Shown: positions 1-9,107 of the stretch, in pieces
Position numbering within the stretch: position 1 is the stretch's first letter
Layout: every line of letters starts with the position of its first letter
Translations under genes and position numbers: made by a program
DNA from: Bdellovibrionota bacterium
GTDB lineage: Bacteria > Bdellovibrionota_C > UBA2361 > OMII01
Direction of reading: 5' to 3'
Assembly: GCA_044345405.1 (NCBI GenBank)
Contig: JBIJBE010000058.1
Location: 1 to 18,579 of the forward strand
DNA: 18,579 nucleotides
The notes under the pieces: generated by a model
The model's input: only the letters and a program-made list of their open reading frames with translations
Told to the model about the DNA's origin: nothing
Databases searched by the model: none

Positions 1-1460
1 CGAGGATCCGCCGCGATGGCGCGGATCTCCGCGAAGGGGCTCTCTTCAAAGTCTTGCTTAATGGACAGAATAATCTCGCGCCCTATCTGATTGCGATTGC
101 TCTCCATAAAGGCACTCTCCGCCGCGTAGGATCTGGCGACGGGAGAGATGACCAAATCGGGGGCCGCCTTTACCGACCAGCCGTGGTAGAGGATCCGAGT
201 AAGGAGTTCTTTGATGGAGAAAGCTGGTTGGTCTACACGACGAAATCCACCGAGTTCCTCGAGCGCGATTCGACGAGCGAAGATGTTGGGATAGAAGAAG
301 CTACCCGTGAGCATCTCTCCGGCGTTGACCCCTTGGTTCGGTGGAAAGAAGCGGGTGTGGTCGATCGCCCCTCCAACCGTGGGGAGAGCGAGGCCGATAT
401 AATCTCGTGTGAATAGCTGGATCGCCTCAAAGGTGGTTGTCGGCGATACGGTATCTCCGGGTTGAAGAAGCCCGACGTTTGGGGCTGTCGCCACGCGCAT
501 GCCAGCGTTGAAAGCCTCATATTCGTTGGGGGTATCCGACTTCGCGTATCGAATCGTAATCTGAGGAACGGCGTCGACGAAACCTAGGAAGAAATTGTGA
601 ATCTGTTTCGAAGTCGCTCGGTCGCTTGAGTAGTCCACCAAGATGATATCGAAATCATAGAAGGTTTGCTGCGTGAGGCTTATGATGGTTGGTTTGAGAA
701 GTTCGGTTGGTTCGTTGACCGGAACGATATAGCTCAATCGCTGTTCGGTTGGATTGAGTCCGTTCACATGCCGTCGAAAGTTCCGGCAGCACTCGCGTTG
801 CGTCGCGTTGGGATTCGCGCCTGTCTTATTGGAGCCGTACATCCGGTAGTACGAGAGAACCCTTTCAATGTGTTTGATACGTGGGCGCTTCACCGCCATG
901 CGGAGCCAAAGGTCCATATCCATGGTGAAGTAGAGGTTTTCGTCGAGGTAGGTGCCATCTGGACGTTTGGCCTCCTCGAGGAGAGAGCGCCGAAAAAACA
1001 CTGAGGTTTGCGCGAGCCACGCGTACGGTATCCAATACCGCATGAGGTCATAAAAGGATCTGGAGGGATTCTTGACGACCTGTTGGACTTTGCCGTCACG
1101 ATCTGTCTCGGCGGCGTGTCCAAGGACGATGTCGGAATCCTTAAAGTTGGTCGCGAGGTCGTGGAATACCCCTTCGGCGAGCCAATCATCTGAGTTAAGC
1201 CATACGATGATCTCACCGGTGGCGCGCGAGAACCCCTTATTGAGAGCGTCAGATTGTCCACGGTCAGGTTCCGATGTCCACAACAGGTGCGGATACGAAC
1301 GTAGGACGTCGAGTGTTGAGTCGGTAGAGCCTCCGTCAACCACGATATGCTCGAAGTTAGGGTATCCTTGAGCCAGAACCGAAGCGATGTTCTGGCCAAT
1401 AAACTCCCCTTGATTAAAGGAAACGGTTATTACTGATATCTTGGGCAGGTCACGTGTCAT
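1..1460 (-). CDS. Glycosyltransferase family 2 with two tandem GT-A domains (3'-partial, runs off the window)
   Basis: Translated by hand; it is absent from the ORF track because there is no stop in the window. ATG at 1460 is followed by 486 open codons: MTRDLPKISVITVSFNQGEFIGQNIASVLAQGYPNFEHIVVDGGSTD...EPDRGQSDALNKGFSRATGEIIVWLNSDD...MDMDLWLR, a classic GT2 domain. A second GT2-like domain starts at about 740 (RLSYIVPV...SLTQQTFYDFDIILVDYSSD...AFNAGMRVAT...LEELGGF). Confidence 0.93.
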   Translation of the reverse strand, partial: MTRDLPKISVITVSFNQGEFIGQNIASVLAQGYPNFEHIVVDGGSTDSTLDVLRSYPHLLWTSEPDRGQSDALNKGFSRATGEIIVWLNSDDWLAEGVFHDLATNFKDSDIVLGHAAETDRDGKVQQVVKNPSRSFYDLMRYWIPYAWLAQTSVFFRRSLLEEAKRPDGTYLDENLYFTMDMDLWLRMAVKRPRIKHIERVLSYYRMYGSNKTGANPNATQRECCRNFRRHVNGLNPTEQRLSYIVPVNEPTELLKPTIISLTQQTFYDFDIILVDYSSDRATSKQIHNFFLGFVDAVPQITIRYAKSDTPNEYEAFNAGMRVATAPNVGLLQPGDTVSPTTTFEAIQLFTRDYIGLALPTVGGAIDHTRFFPPNQGVNAGEMLTGSFFYPNIFARRIALEELGGFRRVDQPAFSIKELLTRILYHGWSVKAAPDLVISPVARSYAAESAFMESNRNQIGREIILSIKQDFEESPFAEIRAIAADP

Positions 1461-1608
1461 ACGGTTTCGTCCTGAGCGCGGTTACAACAGAGCGCGCTCA
1501 ATCCCGAGTTTCGCTCACTGGGGGGGCAGGCTGCAATTAGTATTGTTGTGGGTTGGTGATGGAGCGCCGCGAATCGGGGATCAGCGGTGTGGCGGTTTGC
1601 CGTGTACG

Positions 1609-1617
1609 TGCTACACT
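1609..1617 (+). promoter_or_regulatory. Possible extended -10 promoter (TGcTACACT) for lolA-rimO
   Basis: TGn-TACACT about 50 nt upstream of the lolA ATG, in the divergent GT2/lolA intergenic region. Motif match only. Confidence 0.35.
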
Positions 1618-1668
1618 TTCGCGGCATAGACTTTGCGCGAATGAAATGGGCGCGGGGGAGATTGGTAC

Positions 1669-2403
1669 ATGGGACGCTTCAAAGTTGTGAGAGATCTTGG
1701 TTTCGTATGCGTGGTCGCGCTGGGAATGCTCGTGAAAACCTCGGCCGCTCAAGGTAAGGCGTTCGAATGCTCTCAGGGAAGCGAGATGCCCTCGACCGAG
1801 GCGCAACAGCTCTTGGCTAAAGTTCAGACTACCTACGCGTCGATCGAAACCCTCCACGGTAATTTTAAGCAGGACTCCTACGTCGCCGCTCTCGATGAGC
1901 AGGAGACGAGCTCTGGGGAGATGTGGTTCGGCAAACCTGGGAAGATGCGGTGGGTCTACGCCAAGCCACGCCCGCAGACGGTCGTTATTAATGGAGGCAC
2001 GTTGTGGCTCTACCAGCCCGAAAACCGCCAGGTCGTGATCGACGATATCGGGAATGTCCTCCTCTCAAGCCTCCCCGTTTCCTTCATGATGGGGCTTGGA
2101 AACCTCTCCCGGGACTTTGAGCTCAAGGGGGCCTGTCGTACGGGGGAGGGGGTGGTTTTACGGCTGATCCCTCAAAAAAAGGAGGGGCGGTCGGACCAGG
2201 GGGAGGCGTTGGAGGGGTTTGATCTCCTGGTTGATGCCGCCCAAGGACTCCCAAAAGGCGCTAAAATCAGCTCCTTAGGTGGAAATGAGACCTCTATCGT
2301 CTTTTCGGAGCTCTCCACCAAGGGTGGGATTCAGCCAGCCGGCCGATTTGTTTTAGAGTACCCAAAAGGTGTAGATGTAATGGACAGACGATTGTCCCAT
2401 TAA
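1669..2403 (+). CDS. lolA: Outer-membrane lipoprotein carrier protein LolA family
   Basis: Signal-peptide-like N-terminus. Motifs FKQ...SSGEMWFGKPGKMRWVY.KP..QTVVINGGTLWLYQPENRQV and C-terminal F.LEYPKGVDVMD are typical of LolA. Confidence 0.9.
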   Translation: MGRFKVVRDLGFVCVVALGMLVKTSAAQGKAFECSQGSEMPSTEAQQLLAKVQTTYASIETLHGNFKQDSYVAALDEQETSSGEMWFGKPGKMRWVYAKPRPQTVVINGGTLWLYQPENRQVVIDDIGNVLLSSLPVSFMMGLGNLSRDFELKGACRTGEGVVLRLIPQKKEGRSDQGEALEGFDLLVDAAQGLPKGAKISSLGGNETSIVFSELSTKGGIQPAGRFVLEYPKGVDVMDRRLSH

Positions 2404-2412
2404 TCATACACT

Positions 2413-3867
2413 ATGAAGTCCACCGCTTTATCAATTCTCCCGCTCGGAGACGAGCCGGCTAAGAGCTGTTCCGTTGCCGTTAACATAACCGAGCCCCAGC
2501 CTCGCGAGGGTAAGGCCTTCGCTGGTCGCGCCGCTATTGTAACCCTTGGATGCGCCAAGAATCAGGTGGACTCTGAGGTCATGATCGGTGTGTTGCGAAA
2601 CACCGGCTTTGAGATCGTGAACGATCTGAGCCGTGCCGATATCGCCGTCGTGAACACCTGCGGCTTTCTTGAGAGCGCCGTTAAAGAGAGCGTTGATTGT
2701 GTGTTGGAGCTCTCTGAGCTCAAGAAGTCTGGAAGCCTCCGTCGTCTCCTCGTCGCCGGGTGCATGGTTGAGCGATACAAAGGTGATATTCGAAAAGCGC
2801 TGCCGGAGGTTGACTCCTTTATCGCGCTCGATGGACTGCTCAGCGTAGGACAGGCCGCGCTCGGAGAGGATGACTCCCTTCGAGACATACTCCACGAGGG
2901 CTCGCGTCCATACTTCCTCTACGACGAGACGATGCCTCGACACTTGGCGTCTCGCTCGCACATGGCCTACGTCAAGGTCTCTGAAGGGTGTAATCGTCCG
3001 TGCGCGTTCTGCATCATTCCGCAGATTCGTGGGGCGATGAGAAGTCGGTCAGTTGAGTCTATCACTCGAGAGGTTCAGGCTCTTGGCGCTCAGGGCGTTA
3101 AAGAGATGAATCTTGTCGCGCAAGACCTTACAGCCTACGGAACTGATACCGGAAACGGCCGTCTTGTTGACCTTCTGCGTTCGCTCGACGCGGCCAAAGC
3201 CGCGCAGTGGATTCGACTTCTCTACGCGTATCCAGTTGGTGTTGATGATGAGCTCCTCGCGGCTATTACGGAGCTCCCATCAGTATGTAAGTACCTCGAC
3301 GTGCCTTTACAGCACGCGAGTGAGTCGGTGTTGAAGATGATGAAGCGACCTGTAGGTCGATTTGGCTCTCGTCGTTTCGTTGAGTACGTTCGCTCGCAAG
3401 CTCCGTCGATTAAGTTGCGAACCACCTTCATCGTCGGATTCCCTGGTGAGACTGAAGAAGATGTCGCTGAGCTTGAGAAGTTCGTGGCGGAGGGGCACTT
3501 CGAGAGCGTTGGTGTGTTCACCTACTCACCTGAACAGGGGACTGCAGCGTTCGAGATGAAGGATCAGATCTCTGAGAAGGAGAAGCGTATCCGCCGTGAC
3601 CGTATCATGCTGGCGCAGCAGAAAGTTCGCATCGCGAGAAACGACGAGTATATCGGTCAGGAGTTTGAGGTTCTCGTCGAGGGCCCACACGAGGAGACCG
3701 ACATGCTGCTCACCGCTCGGACCCGATTCCAGGCTCCGGAGGTGGATGGTACCGTTCTTATCAACGACGTTGTCGAGGGTCTCGGGCAGGTTGAAGCTGG
3801 GCACCTTGGACGGGTTAAGATCACAGAGATCTCGGGATACGACTTGGTCGGTACCCTTATCGCTTAG
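2413..3867 (+). CDS. rimO: Ribosomal protein S12 methylthiotransferase RimO
   Basis: UPF0004 cysteine motifs (TLGCAKNQVDSE, VNTCGF, AGCMVERY), radical SAM motif EGCNRPCAFC, LYAYP, and a C-terminal TRAM domain with QAPEVDG. Confidence 0.96.
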   Translation: MKSTALSILPLGDEPAKSCSVAVNITEPQPREGKAFAGRAAIVTLGCAKNQVDSEVMIGVLRNTGFEIVNDLSRADIAVVNTCGFLESAVKESVDCVLELSELKKSGSLRRLLVAGCMVERYKGDIRKALPEVDSFIALDGLLSVGQAALGEDDSLRDILHEGSRPYFLYDETMPRHLASRSHMAYVKVSEGCNRPCAFCIIPQIRGAMRSRSVESITREVQALGAQGVKEMNLVAQDLTAYGTDTGNGRLVDLLRSLDAAKAAQWIRLLYAYPVGVDDELLAAITELPSVCKYLDVPLQHASESVLKMMKRPVGRFGSRRFVEYVRSQAPSIKLRTTFIVGFPGETEEDVAELEKFVAEGHFESVGVFTYSPEQGTAAFEMKDQISEKEKRIRRDRIMLAQQKVRIARNDEYIGQEFEVLVEGPHEETDMLLTARTRFQAPEVDGTVLINDVVEGLGQVEAGHLGRVKITEISGYDLVGTLIA

Positions 3868-4142
3868 GTACCTGGCATCGGCCCACCGATCGCTCGACGG
3901 GTTGAGTGTGCCGCTTGGCCGCCACGTGGTTTCCCTTACGTGCCGTCGGTAACTATCGGAAATGACGATCTGCGCGGTCCTCGTGGCTGGATGACGGGCG
4001 TCACGCGCCTTGCTGTCCTTGTATACGCGCGGCGGTGCCGAGAAGAGGGTGGATATACCTAAAATCCCTGCATCTTTCGGTTCCCCGAATGGCCCGGATG
4101 GAGTATACCCTTGGCTGATATTTTCAATCCTTTGGAGTCACG

Positions 4143-5270
4143 ATGAGTTCACAGAAGAATCCGTACATACTCGCCCTTAACGAGCTTGGGCAGTCAGTTT
4201 GGTATGACAACCTCTCGCGCGACGTGTTGCGCTCCGGACAACTCAAGGAGCTGATCGAACAGGGGGTGTCGGGTCTCACCAGTAACCCAACCATCTTCAA
4301 GCAGGCGATCGCTGACACGAACAACTACGACGATGATATGAGGTCGAATGAGCTCAAGAGCCTCTCGACGGAGCCGCTCTGCGAGGAGCTCATGTTGCGG
4401 GATGTGGCCGCGGCCGCCGACCTTCTCCGGCCGACCTATGACGCGACAGTGGGTGGGGATGGATACGCGAGCATCGAGGTGTCTCCGTATCTCGCGGCTG
4501 ACTGCCAAGGAACGATCGACGCCGCTGTTCGTTTGTGGGGCAAGCTCAATCGTCCGAACGTCATGATTAAGATTCCGGCGACCCCGGAGTGTATCCCCGC
4601 CATCCAAGCGGTGCTTGAGAAGGGGATCAATGTCAACGTTACGTTGATCTTCTCCAAAGAGGTGTATGAGGATGTCGCGAACGCGTATCTCAAGGCGCTT
4701 CAAGCCAGAGCCTCCCGTGGTGAGAGCGTGCGTGGTATCTCCTCCGTGGCGAGCTTCTTCGTGTCCCGAGTTGACGCTATCGTCGAGAAGTCATTCGATG
4801 AGCTTCTGAAAGCGGGCAAGGTTCAGGCATCGGACAAAGATATCTTCTTCGGCAAGGTTGGAGTCGCTAACTCCAAGATCGCCTACGCCTCGTTTGAGAA
4901 GCTCTTCTCAAGTGACGCCTTCAAGGCGCTCAAAGATAAGGGCGCCCGTGTTCAGCGGCCATTGTGGGCATCCACCGGTACCAAGAACCCTGTGTTCAAG
5001 GCGGTGATGTATGTTGAGGAACTCGCGGGTCGAGACACCGTCAATACGATGCCTCCAGCGACGGTGAAGGCGCTCCTCTCGGGAGCCGACGTTAAGCCAC
5101 ATCTTCACTCGGGAGCGGCGGAGGCCGTGCAACTGATCGGGAAGGTGAACGCGATGGGCATTCCAACGGACGCCCTCTACGTGGACCTCCAGAAGGCAGG
5201 TGTAAAGAGCTTCGCTGATTCGTATCGCGATCTTCTTGAATCAATCGAAACCAAGAGAAAGAGTATCTAA
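4143..5270 (+). CDS. tal: Transaldolase (long, actinobacterial/Neisseria-like type)
   Basis: GQSVWYDNLSR, GLTSNPTIF, SIEVSP, Schiff-base Lys in MIKIPAT, NVNVTLIFS, VASFFVSRVD, QRPLWASTGTKNP. GGAG Shine-Dalgarno upstream. Confidence 0.96.
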   Translation: MSSQKNPYILALNELGQSVWYDNLSRDVLRSGQLKELIEQGVSGLTSNPTIFKQAIADTNNYDDDMRSNELKSLSTEPLCEELMLRDVAAAADLLRPTYDATVGGDGYASIEVSPYLAADCQGTIDAAVRLWGKLNRPNVMIKIPATPECIPAIQAVLEKGINVNVTLIFSKEVYEDVANAYLKALQARASRGESVRGISSVASFFVSRVDAIVEKSFDELLKAGKVQASDKDIFFGKVGVANSKIAYASFEKLFSSDAFKALKDKGARVQRPLWASTGTKNPVFKAVMYVEELAGRDTVNTMPPATVKALLSGADVKPHLHSGAAEAVQLIGKVNAMGIPTDALYVDLQKAGVKSFADSYRDLLESIETKRKSI

Positions 5271-5291
5271 CGAACTAACTAGGAATTGAAC

Positions 5292-6830
5292 GTGGACGAA
5301 TCCAAGACGAAAGAGAACGAGGGACGTAGTACTCGACCCCCAGCGACGATACTCGTGATCTTCGGCGCGAGTGGCGATCTCACCTCGCGAAAGCTCATCC
5401 CTGGGCTCTGCAATCTCGCTGAGGATGATTACCTCCCAGAAAATTTCATCGTCATCGGATCTTCGCGATCGAAGTTGAGCGATGAAGACTTCAGAGCGAA
5501 GGTGTACGAGGGGGTCAAGAAGTACTCTCGTCGGCCGATTAGCCCCGCGGTGTGGGAGAAGTTCGCGAAGCATCTCCACTATCAACCGTGCGACGGCGAG
5601 AAGGTTGGTGAGGTTGAGGCGCTTAAGGGACGTATGGAGGCGCTCGCCGCTGAGCAGCCCGGAGTTCGTTTCAACTACGTGTACTACCTCGCTATGGCGC
5701 CACAGTTCTTTGGGCCGATCGCCTCTAACCTGAAAGAGGTAGGACTCATTGAGCCGTACGCCAAGGACGCTCGCCAAACCTCTGTGGTTGTTGAGAAGCC
5801 GTTCGGTCATGACCTGCAGTCAGCTCGTGAGTTGAACAAGATTATTCGTGAGAGCCTCGCCGAAGAGCAGATCTACCGAATCGATCACTACCTCGGAAAG
5901 GAGACGGTTCAGAACATCCTCGTATTCCGATTCGCGAACGGCATCTTTGAGCCGTTGTGGAATCGCAAGTACGTCGACCACATTCAGATCTCGGTGTGCG
6001 AGGATATCGGTATCGGAACCCGAGCGGCGTACTTTGACCAAAACGGAATCTTGCGGGACATCGTTCAGAATCACGTCTTACAGATGCTCGCGCTCCTCTG
6101 CATTGAGCCACCGAACTCCTTGAGTGATGCTGATAGTATTCGAGACGAGAAGGCAAAAGTGCTTCGCTCCATCAAGCGGATGACCCCTGTGGAGGTGCGA
6201 ACCAATACGGTTCGCGCTCAGTACACGAAGGGAACGGTGGGTGGTGAGGCCGCTGTGGGATACCTTGAGGAAAAGGGGGTGGCCGCCGATTCGAAGACCG
6301 ATTCGTATGTCGCGCTCAAGCTTGAGATCGATAACTGGAGATGGAGCGGTGTGCCTATCTACATCCGCGCTGGAAAGCGACTTCCAAAGCGTATTACTGA
6401 GATGGCGATCTTCTTCAACAAGGCTCCCGATTCCCTCTTCAAGGGCCGCCAGGTTGGAGAGCTTGAGCACAACGTTCTCTCTATCCAGGTTCAACCGAAA
6501 GAGGGTATGTCGCTCCGTATTAGCTCGAAGCCCCCTGGGCCTCGCATGCGTGTTCGCCCCGTAGAGATGGATTTCACCTACGATAGTTCGTTCGGTGTCG
6601 CTTCTCCGGAAGCGTATGAGCGACTGCTGCTCGATGTGATGAAAGGTGACGCGACCCTCTTTACTCGCAACGATGAGATCGAGGAGTCATGGGATCTCCT
6701 CGCGCCGATCTTTAAGGAGTGGGAGAGCGCTAATCCTCCACCGGTACATGAATACGAAGCCGGTACGTGGGGACCTGCTGCGGCGGATGAACTCATCAAC
6801 TCTACGAAGGATTCGTGGCGTAAGCTGTAA
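5292..6830 (+). CDS. zwf: Glucose-6-phosphate 1-dehydrogenase
   Basis: IFGASGDL..RKL, VEKPFG.D, RIDHYLGKE, RDIVQNH, NWRWSGVP, EAYERLL. Start placed at GTG 5292, 7 nt after AGGA (5281-5284), rather than TTG 5286. Confidence 0.97.
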   Translation: MDESKTKENEGRSTRPPATILVIFGASGDLTSRKLIPGLCNLAEDDYLPENFIVIGSSRSKLSDEDFRAKVYEGVKKYSRRPISPAVWEKFAKHLHYQPCDGEKVGEVEALKGRMEALAAEQPGVRFNYVYYLAMAPQFFGPIASNLKEVGLIEPYAKDARQTSVVVEKPFGHDLQSARELNKIIRESLAEEQIYRIDHYLGKETVQNILVFRFANGIFEPLWNRKYVDHIQISVCEDIGIGTRAAYFDQNGILRDIVQNHVLQMLALLCIEPPNSLSDADSIRDEKAKVLRSIKRMTPVEVRTNTVRAQYTKGTVGGEAAVGYLEEKGVAADSKTDSYVALKLEIDNWRWSGVPIYIRAGKRLPKRITEMAIFFNKAPDSLFKGRQVGELEHNVLSIQVQPKEGMSLRISSKPPGPRMRVRPVEMDFTYDSSFGVASPEAYERLLLDVMKGDATLFTRNDEIEESWDLLAPIFKEWESANPPPVHEYEAGTWGPAAADELINSTKDSWRKL

Positions 6831-6858
6831 CCCGCCATGTGAGTTTTTCACGTGGGGG
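6831..6858 (+). terminator. Stem-loop directly after the zwf stop (terminator or RNA-stability hairpin)
   Basis: cccgccatgtga-gtttt-tcacgtggggg forms an 11-bp stem with one bulge and one G-U pair. There is no clear U-tract. Confidence 0.4.
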
Positions 6859-6888
6859 AACAACGACTACTAAGGTTTTGAGGCGAGC

Positions 6889-8052
6889 GTGCTGAAATTA
6901 TCGCTGTCTGAATCGAGTGAAAACTTTCGCGCGAGTCTCAGAGAATGGCTCGCTAAGAATCCCGTTCCTCCCGCTACAAGTGATACCTCGCTTGAGACCT
7001 TTGAGCGTGTTGGACGCCAGTGGCAACGATCGCTCGCCTCTGGAGGATGGCTGGGCACCCATTGGCCCAAGGAATACGGTGGTCGAGGACTTACCCTTGT
7101 TGAGGAGGCTATCGTACAAGAGGAGCTTGTGCGGGTCTCCGCTCCCCAGATTCTGGGGCTCTTCGGTTTGACGATGGTCGGACCTGTCCTTATTTCTCAC
7201 GGATCAGAGGCGCAGAAGTCTCGATTTCTCGCGCGCATACTCTCAGGTGACGATATCTGGTGTCAGGGGTTTTCTGAACCGGGGGCGGGGAGTGATCTCG
7301 CGGCGGTTCGATGTCGGGCCGTTCCCACTGAGGGAGGATACGTTCTCACGGGACAAAAGATCTGGACCAGCTTCGCCCATATCGCTGATTGGTGCTTCGT
7401 CCTCTGCCGTACGAGCGATTCGCAACGCAAACACGAGGGGCTCTCGTATCTTCTCGTCGATATGAAGTCGAAGGGGATTACCACCCGACCTTTGCAACAG
7501 ATAAGCGGCGATAAAGAGTTCAACGAGGTGTTCTTTGACTCCGTGTTCGTGCCAGCGGAGAACCTCGTTGGAAAAGAGGGCGATGGTTGGAAGATCGCCA
7601 TATCGACCCTCATGTTTGAGCGAGTTGTATTGACCTTCGCGAGACAGCTGCAATCTGAAACCGCGTTGCGTGAGATGCTCGCGCGCGTTGACGACACGAC
7701 CTCTCCGACCATTAAGGCCGACCTCGCGCGGTGTGTGGTGGACGCGTGCGCGACTCGAGCGTTGGCGTATTCGCATCTTATGACCTACGCGCAGGGGGCG
7801 TCGCCAGGACCTGAGGGATCCCTCGATAAGCTTCTGTGGAGCGAATCGTTCCAGCGTTTGTGCAAGGTCGCCGTGTCTCTCTGCGGTCCCGAAGCCGCGC
7901 GGGGAGAACACGATCCAGAAGTGGGGCCGGATCTCCACCGATACCTCTATTCACGGGGAAGAACGATCGCCGCGGGAACCTCTGAGATTCAGCGTGGGAT
8001 TATCGCGGAGAGGATACTGGGCCTGCCCCGCTTGAAGCATCTCCTTGCCTAA
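6889..8052 (+). CDS. Acyl-CoA dehydrogenase (FadE17/26/29/30-like subfamily)
   Basis: WPKEYGGRG, WCQGFSEPGAGSDLA, GQKIWTS, EFNEVFFD, TLMFER, TIAAGTSEIQRGIIAERILGLP. Confidence 0.94.
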   Translation: MLKLSLSESSENFRASLREWLAKNPVPPATSDTSLETFERVGRQWQRSLASGGWLGTHWPKEYGGRGLTLVEEAIVQEELVRVSAPQILGLFGLTMVGPVLISHGSEAQKSRFLARILSGDDIWCQGFSEPGAGSDLAAVRCRAVPTEGGYVLTGQKIWTSFAHIADWCFVLCRTSDSQRKHEGLSYLLVDMKSKGITTRPLQQISGDKEFNEVFFDSVFVPAENLVGKEGDGWKIAISTLMFERVVLTFARQLQSETALREMLARVDDTTSPTIKADLARCVVDACATRALAYSHLMTYAQGASPGPEGSLDKLLWSESFQRLCKVAVSLCGPEAARGEHDPEVGPDLHRYLYSRGRTIAAGTSEIQRGIIAERILGLPRLKHLLA

Positions 8053-8167
8053 GGGCACGAGCATCGACCTTTCACAGCTACTGGTGAATCGACCCCGACA
8101 CTGACCAACTCTTGGCTACAATTCAAAGTAATCCAGCTTGTGGTGAAATAGCGGGCCTTAATCCTAT

Positions 8168-8899
8168 TCACTCGGATGGGCTTACATTAGCGGCAGCCGC
8201 TAACTGATGCATGAGAGCTTCCTCTCTGAGGCGTTCCACAAGCGCCGTCTCATCCTCCAAATTCCACGATGACCCACTTTGCCCATCGCCACTCTCTAAT
8301 CTTAGTGGTCCGATATAATCGGGGTGTGCTGGGTCAGAAGCCGGATTGAGGCTTCCTCCCACCAAGGAATTGTCCGAGTAGTAATCATCATATGCATCAC
8401 CGAGTTGCCGTCGTAACCAATCCTCTGGATTGTATTCATCAGCCGGTGGCGAAATCGAGCCAGCCACTGATGAATAGTCATTTTCATACAGAGGCTCTGG
8501 ACTGTATGCCTGTTCGTAGGAGGGCTCGATAAATGATGGCACATCCCAATAGTTACTATTCCCGTTGAACGGGTCGTTTGCAGTTGCGCTCTCTCCGTCG
8601 ATGATCGGACTTTCCTGGGAGGACGGGACGACGTTACGTTGGTCCTCTTGGCCGACTGACCCGCCAGCAACCACAGGTACTATTCTATGGCTAAATTGAG
8701 AGTTAATCTCCCCTCCAAAGAGAACCACCGAGGAGAGTACCATCGTTCCGACGAGCCCCACCGATATCGAGGTCTCCACAAGTCCCGCGCCAAGTTCTCT
8801 GTTTAGGGTATTCCGCGCGGATGGACGGCGTAGAGAAAGAAGTCCCGAGGGCATCGAGAGAGACGTCACCACGCACGAAGCCTTGCGGAAGGTTGTCAT
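8168..8899 (-). CDS. Hypothetical membrane-anchored protein with Flp/type IV prepilin-like N-terminus and long acidic tail
   Basis: GGAGG precedes ATG 8899; the ORF-track start at 9064 is probably too early. A basic leader is followed by RELG|AGLVETSISVGLVGTMVLSSVVLFGGEINSQF (Gly at -1, Glu at +5, hydrophobic helix), then an Asp/Glu/Ser/Tyr/Pro-rich region. Confidence 0.6.
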   Translation of the reverse strand: MTTFRKASCVVTSLSMPSGLLSLRRPSARNTLNRELGAGLVETSISVGLVGTMVLSSVVLFGGEINSQFSHRIVPVVAGGSVGQEDQRNVVPSSQESPIIDGESATANDPFNGNSNYWDVPSFIEPSYEQAYSPEPLYENDYSSVAGSISPPADEYNPEDWLRRQLGDAYDDYYSDNSLVGGSLNPASDPAHPDYIGPLRLESGDGQSGSSWNLEDETALVERLREEALMHQLAAAANVSPSE

Positions 8900-9107
8900 T
8901 AGTCCTCCGTACATCGGTATCCTTAAACGTAGTCTAGCCGTGAGGGCATCACGCACTCTTGTCCTAAAAGAGGACATTCGGTGGATCGGCGGCCTGGCTG
9001 ATGGCTCAAGGTTCCGGCGCTCTTTTTTTATTTTGGATTCAATTCGCGCTCTTCGTCGGTGCATGAACTACGATGTTCTCGTAGCGTTGCGGTCACAGTA
9101 TGCAACA

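Noticed and set aside
54-1399. Short ORFs listed by the track in 54-1399
   Set aside because: All are shadows of the minus-strand GT2 frame, which is open from 1460 to the window edge.
1473-1500. TGAGCGCG-N12-CGCGCTCA inverted repeat upstream of the GT2 start
   Set aside because: The 8-bp dyad is real but single-copy and GC-rich, and no function can be assigned.
3841-3900. Possible duplicated rimO 3' end, analogous to hrpA
   Set aside because: The similarity needs several gaps and does not preserve the reading frame or peptide.
6838-6852. CRP/FNR-like site TGTGA...TCACG
   Set aside because: The spacer is 5 nt rather than 6; it is better explained as the post-zwf hairpin.
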